Shown here one piece after another: positions 9,618-18,186 of a stretch of 20,864 bases of DNA. Location: positions 1 to 20,864 of the forward strand of contig JAOZPT010000045.1 of the NCBI GenBank assembly GCA_029932605.1, read 5' to 3'. Both the position numbers and the translations under genes were made by a program. Below the pieces are notes generated by a model. It worked only from the letters and a program-made list of their open reading frames with translations. It did not search any database and was not told where the DNA came from. This stretch comes from Candidatus Zixiibacteriota bacterium. GTDB taxonomy: Bacteria; Zixibacteria; MSB-5A5; UBA10806; 4484-95. Every line of letters begins with the position of its first letter. The first letter of the stretch is position 1.

Positions 9618-10527
9618 ATGTGCTCTTGAGAAAGAAAAAATACCTTGCTCGACTGTAACTGTGGGTACTTTCGATGGGGTGCATAAAGGACATGTGGTTT
9701 TGCTAAATCGTCTTATCAAGTCCTCGCACGAAAACAACTCTGTCTCGATAGTGGTGACGTTTGACCCACATCCGCAAATGGTCCTGGGGGTAAAAGGTAA
9801 AATAGAAATACTTAACACTACCGAGGAGAAGCTGGATCATTTTAAAAAACTGAGACTTAATATGGTTGTTATACTTGAATTCAATCAGCAACTGGCATCT
9901 TTAGAGCCGGGTGATTTCATCAAGAGAATTTTAATCGACAATTTGAATATGAAGCATTTCGTAGTGGGTTACGACCATTCATTTGGCAAGGGAAGAGCTG
10001 GCAACTATGAACTTGTCAAATCCTTAGCCGAAGAATATGATTATTCTTGTGAAGTAGTGGGACCGGTTAGCAATGGTGGCGTTCCCGTTAAGTCAAGCAG
10101 GATACGACGTGAGCTTAAAACTGGTGATTATGAAAAAGCTTTAGATATGCTGGGATACCGTTACATCTTAACAGGTGATATAATTAAAGGTAGAGGTATC
10201 GGTAAGAAAATGGGTTTTCCAACCATAAATATCAATACGCCCCCGGGCAAACTCCTTCCCAAAGAAGGAGTTTATGCGGCTACAGTTGCCATTGATAATA
10301 CGGTTTTCCCAGGTATGGCATACATCGGAGGTCGGTTAACTTTCGGAGATGAGACGATTTCTGTAGAAGTGAATTTATTCAATTTTACCAAAGACGTATT
10401 GGGCAAAAAAGCAAAGCTTACGTTGGAACAATACACCAGAGCTCCAATGAAGTTTGATTCGGCCGAGGATTTAAAATTAGCATTGGTTAAAGATGAAAGA
10501 CAAGTAAAAAATATATTGCATATTTAA
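9598..10527 (+). CDS. ribF: Bifunctional riboflavin kinase / FAD synthetase
   Basis: GTFDGVHKGH, TFDPHP, VGYDHSFG, SSRIR, GRGIGKKMGFPTIN, PKEGVYA. Confidence 0.96.
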   Translation: MKVIYGKCALEKEKIPCSTVTVGTFDGVHKGHVVLLNRLIKSSHENNSVSIVVTFDPHPQMVLGVKGKIEILNTTEEKLDHFKKLRLNMVVILEFNQQLASLEPGDFIKRILIDNLNMKHFVVGYDHSFGKGRAGNYELVKSLAEEYDYSCEVVGPVSNGGVPVKSSRIRRELKTGDYEKALDMLGYRYILTGDIIKGRGIGKKMGFPTININTPPGKLLPKEGVYAATVAIDNTVFPGMAYIGGRLTFGDETISVEVNLFNFTKDVLGKKAKLTLEQYTRAPMKFDSAEDLKLALVKDERQVKNILHI

Positions 10528-10536
10528 GGAGGAAAA

Positions 10537-10806
10537 ATGGTTTTGCCTAAGGAGAAGGTTAAAGAAATAGTAAATCTTTATAAACTACATGAAAAAGATA
10601 CTGGTTCAGTTGAGGTACAGGTAGCGCTTTTGACCGAGCGGATAAACAGTTTAACTGAACATTTAAAGATTCACAGGAAAGACCACCATTCCCGCTTGGG
10701 TCTTTTAAAAATGGTGGGCCAAAGGCGCAGGCTTTTAAATTATCTCAAGGCAAATGACACACAAGCCTATCAGGTTCTTATCGAGAATCTGAAACTGCGC
10801 AAGTAA
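10537..10806 (+). CDS. rpsO: 30S ribosomal protein S15
   Basis: [16 protein letters not shown]...[29 protein letters not shown]; 89 aa; SD TAAGGAGG overlaps the ribF stop. Confidence 0.99.
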   Translation: MVLPKEKVKEIVNLYKLHEKDTGSVEVQVALLTERINSLTEHLKIHRKDHHSRLGLLKMVGQRRRLLNYLKANDTQAYQVLIENLKLRK

Positions 10807-10824
10807 AATACTTAATGTTAGAGG

Positions 10825-12921
10825 ATGATAATGATTGAACAAGTTGAATTATCGATAGAAGATAAGAAATTAACCATACAAACTGGGCATCTTGCAAAAC
10901 AGGCGGCGGGTGCTGTAACATTACGTCTTGGTGACACGGTCGTATTGGCCACTGCTTGTGCTTCCGATATACCAGATGAGGAACGGGACTTTTTCCCTCT
11001 CACTGTAGATTATCGTGAACGTGCTTATGCGGCTGGAAAGATACCGGGAGGTTTCTTTAAAAGGGAAGGACGCCCATCTGAGAGGGAGGTTCTATGCTCG
11101 CGTTTGGTTGACCGACCTATAAGACCACTTTTCCCTGAGGGATATCTAAACGAGGTACAAGTGTTGTTGGAGGTCTTATCATCAGACCAGGAAAATGACT
11201 CGGATGTTCTGGGTATCATAGCTGCCTCGGCCGCCCTTTCTATCTCGGATATTCCATTTTATACTCCTATTGCTGGAGTCAGGGTCGCACTGGTTGATGG
11301 TAAGTATTTGGTTTTTCCGACCTTTACCGAACTAGAAACAAACTCTATGAATATCGTTGTTGCTGGTACAAAAGAAAATATTAATATGGTCGAGGGTGGT
11401 TGCCGGGAGATCTCTGAATCAGAAATGATTAAAGCTTTGACCTTTGCCCATGATTGGATAAAAAAGATAGTGGCCTTAATCGATGATTTAAAATCCAAAT
11501 GCGGTAAGCCAAAACCGGAATTTAGTCCCCCAGAGATAGACAAAGAACTGGAAAAAACGGTTACCGAGATGGCTATCAGAACTATTAAAGAAGCTAACCA
11601 TACGGTGGATAAAAATGAACGCCAGCAGAAATTGGACAAATTAACAGAGGATATTTTAATTCAACTTGAGGATAAATTTCCTGAGAAAGAAAACACGATA
11701 AAGGCTATTCTTCACCACCTCGAGAAGAATGATATGCGGGAGATGATACTAAAAGAACATAGGCGTGTCGATAAGCGGGGTTATGAGGATATTCGTCCTA
11801 TAGAATGCCAGGTGGGTTTTCTACCGCGAGCTCATGGTTCAGCACTTTTTACTCGTGGCCAGACCCAAGCTCTTGTGGCTACAACTCTTGGCACGAAAAT
11901 GGACGAGCAAAAAATAGATGACCTTTTAGGTGAATCGTTTAAGAGCTACATGCTTCATTACAATTTCCCACCCTTTGCTACCGGTGAGACAAAACCGATA
12001 CGGGGGATTAGCCGACGCGAGGTTGGCCATGGCGCTTTAGCCGAACGAGCCATCGAACCCATTATCCCCTCTGAGGCTAATTTCCCTTACACTATAAGGA
12101 TCGTATCTGACATTTTAGAATCTAACGGCTCATCGTCAATGGCTACGGTATGTGGTGGTTCGTTGAGCCTTATGGATGCTGGCGTGCCCATAAAAAACCC
12201 GGTAGCCGGTATTGCGATGGGGTTGATAAAAGATGGTGATAAACATGCTATCCTGACGGACATCCTTGGCATTGAGGACCATCTTGGCGATATGGACTTT
12301 AAGGTTGCCGGCACTAAAGAGGGCATTACCGCTTTCCAGATGGATGTTAAAATAAGCGGTATAGATATTGAGATTATAAAAACAGCTTTAGAACAGGCCC
12401 GTAAAGCCCGGCTGGCAGTGCTCGATAAGATGAACCAGGCGATTGATAAACCAAGACCCGAACTTTCGCCCTATGCTCCAAGGATAATATTTATGAAAAT
12501 AAAAGTTGAAAAGATAGGCGATGTAATTGGACCGGGCGGCAAAACTATTCGTTCAATAATCGACCAGACGGGTGTTAAAATAGATATCGAGGATGATGGA
12601 ACGGTGTTAATAGCCTCGGTTGACCAAAAAGCTGGTGAAGCTGCCAGGAAAATGGTTGAAAAACTTGTTGAAGAAGCTGAGATCGGCAAGGTGTATACCG
12701 GGGTTGTTCGGAGAACAACTCCATTTGGTGCATTTGTTGAGATTTTACCTGGAACCGATGGTATGGTTCACATATCCGAGCTGGAAAATTACCGGATTAA
12801 CCGCGTGGAAGATGTTGTTCGTGTTGGCGACACGATAACGGTTAAAGTGATAGACATAGACGAAGATGGTAAAATCCGATTATCGAGGAAAGCTACACTG
12901 AATAAAATCAGAAAAGGATAG
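10825..12921 (+). CDS. pnp: Polyribonucleotide nucleotidyltransferase (PNPase); start may be ATG 10831
   Basis: DFFPLTVDYRE, GKIPGGFFKREGRP, RREVGHGALA, SNGSSSMA, GDMDFKVAGT, plus KH and S1 domains. Confidence 0.99.
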   Translation: MIMIEQVELSIEDKKLTIQTGHLAKQAAGAVTLRLGDTVVLATACASDIPDEERDFFPLTVDYRERAYAAGKIPGGFFKREGRPSEREVLCSRLVDRPIRPLFPEGYLNEVQVLLEVLSSDQENDSDVLGIIAASAALSISDIPFYTPIAGVRVALVDGKYLVFPTFTELETNSMNIVVAGTKENINMVEGGCREISESEMIKALTFAHDWIKKIVALIDDLKSKCGKPKPEFSPPEIDKELEKTVTEMAIRTIKEANHTVDKNERQQKLDKLTEDILIQLEDKFPEKENTIKAILHHLEKNDMREMILKEHRRVDKRGYEDIRPIECQVGFLPRAHGSALFTRGQTQALVATTLGTKMDEQKIDDLLGESFKSYMLHYNFPPFATGETKPIRGISRREVGHGALAERAIEPIIPSEANFPYTIRIVSDILESNGSSSMATVCGGSLSLMDAGVPIKNPVAGIAMGLIKDGDKHAILTDILGIEDHLGDMDFKVAGTKEGITAFQMDVKISGIDIEIIKTALEQARKARLAVLDKMNQAIDKPRPELSPYAPRIIFMKIKVEKIGDVIGPGGKTIRSIIDQTGVKIDIEDDGTVLIASVDQKAGEAARKMVEKLVEEAEIGKVYTGVVRRTTPFGAFVEILPGTDGMVHISELENYRINRVEDVVRVGDTITVKVIDIDEDGKIRLSRKATLNKIRKG

Positions 12922-12959
12922 AATAAACATTTTTAGATAAATCATAGCTGAGATATGGT

Positions 12960-14225
12960 TTGAAATCGATTTACCAAAAAACCGTTTTACCCGATGGTTT
13001 GAGGATAATTTCTGAAACAATCCCAACCGTAAGGTCAATCACTATCGGTTTGTGGATTGATGCCGGTTCTCGTGACGAAACTGCCCAGATGAACGGTATA
13101 TCACATTTCATTGAACACATGGTTTTTAAAGGGACTACTAACCGTTCGGCAAAACAAATCGCCACCTATTTGGAATCGGTAGGCGGAATTCTTAATGCTT
13201 TTACCAGTCGCGAACAGACCTGTTTTTATGCCAAAATTATAGATGAACGTCTGCCCCAGGCAGTGGAGATACTTGCTGATTTAGCTTTCAATAGCCTGTT
13301 TGATAGTTCAGAAATTGAGAAGGAAAAAAATGTCATTATCGATGAAATAAATGAGGTTAACGATACCCCAGCCGATCTCGTACATGACCTATTTGCCAAT
13401 TCTCTGTTTGGCGACCATTCACTTGGCAGACCAATTTTAGGTTCATCATCAACAGTGCTGAATCTTTCCCGAGGGAAAATAATTGATCATATTAAAAAGT
13501 ATTATCAAAAATCTAATATGTTAATTGCCGCCTCGGGCAATCTTGAGCATAAGAAGTTAGTTGACCTTGTTAATAAGTATTTTGCTGAAGATAGAAAAGA
13601 TAAGTCCATGAAGCTAAAGAGAATCAAACCGCAACTGTTTCCAGGGTTAAACGTTACTTTTAAAGAGACCAACCAGACTCATATATGTATTGGTTCACCG
13701 GCGTTAAAATACGAACATCCCGAAAGACCAACACTGCTTCTACTTAATTCTATAATTGGAGGGGGCATGTCATCCAAACTTTATCAGAGGATAAGAGAAG
13801 AATTAGGGTTGGCTTACACGATTTTCTCTTATCTTGATTTTTTCATTGACGCTAGTGTTATAGGAGTATATCTGAATACTGATAAAAAACATGTCGTTAC
13901 GGCGATTTTGGCGGTGTTAAAAGAACTAACAAAGCTGAAAGATAATGAACTTGATTCAAAAGAGATTGAAACCGCCAAAGAGCAGTTAAAAGGGTCTTTA
14001 ATTTTAGGTTTGGAAAATACCTCCAACAGGATGAACAGAATGGCCAAACACGAATTTTTGCTGGGCAGATATATATCTGTTGGTGAAGCAATCTCGGAAA
14101 TTAACAAAATTACAGCTTACGATATTAAAAACCTGGCGGAAATAGTGTTTCAGGCTGATAAGTTCACTATAACGGTGTTAGGTCCTGTCTCTGAAAGAAC
14201 GGTCGAAAAAGCAATTAACTTATAA
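12960..14225 (+). CDS. M16 (pitrilysin-family) zinc peptidase, MlpA/YmxG-like
   Basis: Inverted zincin motif HFIEH in GISHFIEHMVFKGT, NAFTSRE, GGGMSSKLYQRIREELGLAY; TTG start; commonly found downstream of pnp. Confidence 0.93.
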   Translation: MKSIYQKTVLPDGLRIISETIPTVRSITIGLWIDAGSRDETAQMNGISHFIEHMVFKGTTNRSAKQIATYLESVGGILNAFTSREQTCFYAKIIDERLPQAVEILADLAFNSLFDSSEIEKEKNVIIDEINEVNDTPADLVHDLFANSLFGDHSLGRPILGSSSTVLNLSRGKIIDHIKKYYQKSNMLIAASGNLEHKKLVDLVNKYFAEDRKDKSMKLKRIKPQLFPGLNVTFKETNQTHICIGSPALKYEHPERPTLLLLNSIIGGGMSSKLYQRIREELGLAYTIFSYLDFFIDASVIGVYLNTDKKHVVTAILAVLKELTKLKDNELDSKEIETAKEQLKGSLILGLENTSNRMNRMAKHEFLLGRYISVGEAISEINKITAYDIKNLAEIVFQADKFTITVLGPVSERTVEKAINL

Positions 14226-14228
14226 GCT

Positions 14229-15044
14229 ATGTTTGAATATCTGGGACTTGTAGGAGCGTATATCGGTGGTTGGTATATTTTCTGGCACTTAAAAATAAAA
14301 CGCTTCAACAATCGAACTTTAGCTTTTCATGACATAAGTAATGGTTTCGATCTGTCAATAACAAAAACCAGTACACAGAGGTTTGAAGCTATAATTGAAT
14401 ACATGGCAGAAAATGACTTTTATGGGAAAGACATCAGTAGTTGTCAGACTGATAATGACTTGGCTTTGACATTTGATGATGGTTGGGAAAGCTTCTATAC
14501 AAACGCTTTTCCGATTTTACAACAGTATGATTTTCGAGCAACAGTGTTTATTATAACCAACTATATTGGCAAGTTCAGCCGATGGGATTATCAAAAAAAG
14601 AGACATCTCGATTGGTTGCAGATACAACAACTGGCTCGGCAAAATATTGAGTTTGCTAGTCATTCTGTCAATCATGTCGACCTCAGAGGACTTGACAAGA
14701 AGCAACTTGAATTCGAGGTAGAGTATTCAAAGAAGACAATCGAGGATAAAATAGGGAAACGTGTAAAATATTTTTCTTATCCTTTCGGTCGCTATAATAG
14801 GGATGTTATCGAAGCTGTCAGGGACGCCGGGTATGAGAAAGCCTTTGCTTTAAGAAATGGTGGAGGTGATTATGCTATTCCTCGAATTGGAGTATATCTT
14901 TATGATACACCATACTCGGTTAATCTGAAGTTGATGAAAAATTCATGGATTGAAGGTTGTAAGGATTATGTAAATAATTCCCTAGCGAGTGGAACAATTA
15001 TTTTAAGGAAATTTAGGCCGGTTAATGCAATGGTTAAGAAATGA
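14229..15044 (+). CDS. Polysaccharide deacetylase (CE4/NodB-like) with N-terminal membrane anchor
   Basis: LTFDDG, metal-binding HSVNH and FSYPFG motifs; hydrophobic N-terminus LGLVGAYIGGWYIFW. Confidence 0.9.
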   Translation: MFEYLGLVGAYIGGWYIFWHLKIKRFNNRTLAFHDISNGFDLSITKTSTQRFEAIIEYMAENDFYGKDISSCQTDNDLALTFDDGWESFYTNAFPILQQYDFRATVFIITNYIGKFSRWDYQKKRHLDWLQIQQLARQNIEFASHSVNHVDLRGLDKKQLEFEVEYSKKTIEDKIGKRVKYFSYPFGRYNRDVIEAVRDAGYEKAFALRNGGGDYAIPRIGVYLYDTPYSVNLKLMKNSWIEGCKDYVNNSLASGTIILRKFRPVNAMVKK

Positions 15045-15385
15045 TGAAACGTTTTATATCTAAATTATTCGTGACTTCTCTGTCTGTTTTGTTTGTGGCC
15101 AAGTTATTGCCTGGTATAGAGGTTACGAATGTGTTGTCTTTAATTTTAGCCGCGCTTATATTGGGAATTTTTAATGCCATGTTGCGCCCATTTATGATAA
15201 TAATAACCCTTCCATTTACCTTATTAACATTTGGGTTGTTTATTTTTATCATCAACGGCTTGCTTTTGTATCTCACCTCGTTTTTGGTAGGAGGATTTGA
15301 AATAAATAACTTCTGGATGGCAGTAATCGCTTCTGTTTTAATATCGATTGTTTCGAGCATCATAAACTGGCTTGCCAGACCATAA
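15041..15385 (+). CDS. YvlD/DUF360 ('phage holin family') 4-TM membrane protein
   Basis: GIFNAMLRPFMIIITLPFTLLTFGLFIFIINGLLL family signature; ATGA overlap with the upstream gene. Confidence 0.9.
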   Translation: MMKRFISKLFVTSLSVLFVAKLLPGIEVTNVLSLILAALILGIFNAMLRPFMIIITLPFTLLTFGLFIFIINGLLLYLTSFLVGGFEINNFWMAVIASVLISIVSSIINWLARP

Positions 15386-15386
15386 C

Positions 15387-15420
15387 TCGTTGGCATTTTC
15401 TTAGATATCAACGATGTTTT
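15387..15420 (+). terminator. Weak possible intrinsic terminator at the end of the operon
   Basis: TCGTTG (15387-15392) pairs with CAACGA (15409-15414), with an imperfect inner stem, followed by TGTTTT. Confidence 0.3.
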
Positions 15421-15430
15421 ATAATTAATC

Positions 15431-15459
15431 TTGACCTTATATATGAAAATAAATATAGT
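15431..15459 (+). promoter_or_regulatory. Sigma70-type promoter for tRNA-Arg
   Basis: TTGACC, 17-bp spacer, TATAGT; ends 21 nt before the tRNA. Confidence 0.65.
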
Positions 15460-15480
15460 TATCGATGGAAATGATATTTT

Positions 15481-15555
15481 GCCCCCGTAGCTCAGTTAGG
15501 ATAGAGCATCGGTTTCCTAAACCGGGTGTCGCCCGTTCAAGTCGGGCCGGGGGTA
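15481..15555 (+). tRNA. tRNA-Arg (anticodon CCT, reads AGG); CCA not encoded
   Basis: Acceptor stem GCCCCCG/CGGGGGT, D arm GCTC..GAGC, anticodon arm TCGGT-TTCCTAA-ACCGG, T arm GCCCG-TTCAAGT-CGGGC, discriminator A15555. Confidence 0.97.
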
Positions 15556-15629
15556 GTTTATATTATAGTAATGATATCCAGGGCATTTTTCGAATTTATA
15601 GAATTTAAGGATTTTTCTATTAAAAGTTC

Positions 15630-15658
15630 TTGCCTAAAAAGTTAGGTTTAATTAAATT
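15630..15658 (+). promoter_or_regulatory. Possible sigma70 promoter of the beta-barrel gene
   Basis: TTGCCT, 17-bp spacer, TAAATT. Confidence 0.35.
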
Positions 15659-15735
15659 GTCCAAGTTTTGGTGTGGGGGATATTGTTATTAGAATTTTAA
15701 TAGGGAAATAATTGGTGCTGTTTTAGGAGGATAAG

Positions 15736-17106
15736 ATGAAAAGGGTTGTTTTTATCGCTGTTTTTGTGCTGATTATGTTTGGATTATCAATTGCCCAGAT
15801 GGCCGATAATCAATACCGGGGATTCCCCACTTTTGGTTATCTTGATTACAACTCCTCTGGTTTTGGTGCAAGGTCCCGGGCTATGGGCGGTGTCTATATG
15901 GCATTAAACCACGAAGGATTTAATTCCTTTCTCAACCCGGCCTGTATGGTTTACACAGAAAAATCAGTTATGTCGATGGAGGTCGTTTCTTCTCAGGATG
16001 AGTATAAGGATAAATACTTATATCGTGAGCTTTTTTTGGGTTTTGGGGATACGGTAGTTACTCAAGACCCATTTGCATATATAACTTACCATGAAATGGA
16101 TGGTGCCCATACCAAACTTATTCAGGCCGGAGCTGTTACTCCATTCACCTATTTCGACAGGGACTTGTGGTTTGGAGGAGGTTTTCGCACTGTATATGAC
16201 CTACATGTTAAATTTGATACTCAAGTTGAACCAACCTTAAGGGAAATATTCACGGTAAAAAGAGGCATTGATGCTCTGAATATGTCGTTGGCGGCAAAAC
16301 CTGTCGAAAACATTGGACTTGGTCTTAATTTGAATTACTATGTGCGAGGTTATGAATCAAATTTATATTTTTCAAACGCTCGCCAGAGAGACAGGTCCAA
16401 CTTTTCCGGTGTGAATTTTGATTTTGGAGCAGTGGCCGATTTCGAAATAGTGAGATTAGGCCTGGTTATAAGAACCGGTTATACATTAACTCAGAAATCT
16501 GTCTATTTCCATAGTGGAGGAGTAAATGTTTATGGAGATGATGCAGGTTTACTCGACAGGATAACCGTGAAAACCAAGTTTCCCATGACATACGGTGGAG
16601 GGTTGTCCGTTTTTCCAATGGAAAATTTTATGTTAGCTTTTGATATAGACTTAAGGCCTTATTCTAAAGTGCGGTTAGATATCGATAACGAACACTTGGA
16701 TTGGATGGATTTTGATGAATTTGATCCCGAGTGGGAGGATTTAACCCAATTCAGGATAGGTGCCGAGTATGTTTTCGATGCGGGTTTTGCTGATGTTCCC
16801 TTGAGGGCAGGCTTTCATATTCTACCCAGCTTGAAGACTAATGAAAGCTATCATATAGACACGGTTAGAGTAGATGACATGCTGGAATTTGAAATGCAAA
16901 CGATAAGCAAAGGCGACCAGATGACTACTAACATCTTATCTTTCGGTACCGGTATGAAGTTTGACAAAATTTGGTTTGATGTTGCTTATGAATTTGGCTC
17001 GTCAAAACATGATAATACCATCTCTATCTATCGCGGTTATACTCTTGATGAACCTCTCGAGTATAAGTATTCCCGTTTATATATTTCGATGGGTATGCTG
17101 TTTTAA
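15736..17106 (+). CDS. Outer-membrane beta-barrel, FadL/OmpP1/PorV/UPF0164-like
   Basis: Sec signal peptide (MKRVVFIAVFVLIMFGLSIA), GFGARSRAMGG...FLNPA hatch motif, alternating amphipathic strands, terminal Phe; SD AGGAGG. Confidence 0.82.
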   Translation: MKRVVFIAVFVLIMFGLSIAQMADNQYRGFPTFGYLDYNSSGFGARSRAMGGVYMALNHEGFNSFLNPACMVYTEKSVMSMEVVSSQDEYKDKYLYRELFLGFGDTVVTQDPFAYITYHEMDGAHTKLIQAGAVTPFTYFDRDLWFGGGFRTVYDLHVKFDTQVEPTLREIFTVKRGIDALNMSLAAKPVENIGLGLNLNYYVRGYESNLYFSNARQRDRSNFSGVNFDFGAVADFEIVRLGLVIRTGYTLTQKSVYFHSGGVNVYGDDAGLLDRITVKTKFPMTYGGGLSVFPMENFMLAFDIDLRPYSKVRLDIDNEHLDWMDFDEFDPEWEDLTQFRIGAEYVFDAGFADVPLRAGFHILPSLKTNESYHIDTVRVDDMLEFEMQTISKGDQMTTNILSFGTGMKFDKIWFDVAYEFGSSKHDNTISIYRGYTLDEPLEYKYSRLYISMGMLF

Positions 17107-17264
17107 CGATTTACCTGGTTTAATAATAACTTGATAAAATACCCAAGCATAAATTATAGAGGGTATTTAGGATTATATCTTGAGGTAAATAACGGGATGG
17201 TTTTTTTTATCGTAGGGATTCCTGAATTCTTATAAATTTCCTTAAGCATATCATTAAATCTAAC

Positions 17265-17293
17265 TTGCGGGATTGGCGATATAGTGATAGACT
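17265..17293 (+). promoter_or_regulatory. Possible extended -10 sigma70 promoter of the TPR gene
   Basis: TTGCGG (17265-17270), 17-bp spacer, TAGACT (17288-17293), with TG at 17285-17286. Confidence 0.45.
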
Positions 17294-17317
17294 TGTTATT
17301 CAAATAAGGAGGTTACC

Positions 17318-17995
17318 TTGAGCCCTGAAAAAAGAATAACCAAACGCCAGATGAAACAAGACAAACTGGTCAGTACTGCTTTTAAAGCTACGGAGTATAT
17401 TCAAAGACGCAAAAATTATTTTATCATCGGTCTAATTTCGCTTGTTGTAATTATCCTGGTCGCATATTTTATCAGTTACAATATCACGAAAAAGAACAAT
17501 GAGGCAATTGAGCTTTTTGGTAAAGGTCAGATTGCCGCGGCAATGGGCCAAGTTGACCTGGCTATCTCTGACTATAAAAATGTAATTGAAAATTACGGAT
17601 CGAAAAGTATAGCCAGCCGCGCCTGTTACTTTTTAGCAAATTCATATATGAACCAGAATAACTACGATAGCGCCATGGTATATTACGAATTGTACATAAA
17701 CAAGTACGGTCGAGAAAAAATCCTTCTTGTTGCCGCCCACGCAAATTTAGCTGTATGTTTTGAGGAAAAAGGAGAATATTCTGCGGCAGGTGATAATTTT
17801 TATAAAGCCGCTGAATTGGCTGACAATGAAGATCAATCTCCTGCTTATTTGATGTCTGCTGGTAGAAATTATACTAAAGTTGAACAGTACGATAAAGCCA
17901 TAAATGCCTATCAACAGATAGTAGATAAATACAAAAGATCGATCAAATCGTCTATAGCTCGTGGGAAAATAGCAGAACTGGAATACAAAGATTAA
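17318..17995 (+). CDS. Membrane-anchored periplasmic TPR protein (YfgM-like)
   Basis: Basic N-terminus (KRITKRQMKQDKL), one TM helix (YFIIGLISLVVIILVAYFI), then TPR repeats; TTG start with SD TAAGGAGGT. Confidence 0.85.
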   Translation: MSPEKRITKRQMKQDKLVSTAFKATEYIQRRKNYFIIGLISLVVIILVAYFISYNITKKNNEAIELFGKGQIAAAMGQVDLAISDYKNVIENYGSKSIASRACYFLANSYMNQNNYDSAMVYYELYINKYGREKILLVAAHANLAVCFEEKGEYSAAGDNFYKAAELADNEDQSPAYLMSAGRNYTKVEQYDKAINAYQQIVDKYKRSIKSSIARGKIAELEYKD

Positions 17996-18121
17996 AATAT
18001 GGATATTTATAATGATGGTTCTATCGTTATAATAAAGACAATTTAAAAATGTATTTTTGAAATATTTATCCTAAAGACAAAATATACTAATTAAGCTCAA
18101 TATTGTTTTAATTGATATAGA

Positions 18122-18162
18122 ACAAGGCGGCCGTTTGAGACAAACTCATAAGACCGCCTTGT
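18122..18162. terminator. Long hairpin between convergent genes, likely terminator of the minus-strand gene and possibly bidirectional
   Basis: ACAAGGCGG (18122-18130) pairs with CCGCCTTGT (18154-18162), with an imperfect inner stem TGAG/CTCA; 24 nt after the stop at 18187. Confidence 0.65.
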
Positions 18163-18186
18163 AATGGTTTCAAATACTTTGTGGTG

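Noticed and set aside
3497..14705. Numerous 60-126 aa alternative-frame or antisense ORFs within the operon
   Set aside because: They overlap well-identified conserved genes and have no recognisable features.
15041..15385. 'Holin' next to a tRNA as evidence of a prophage
   Set aside because: YvlD/DUF360 proteins are common chromosomal membrane proteins. This one is coupled to a housekeeping operon, and no endolysin, integrase or structural genes are present.
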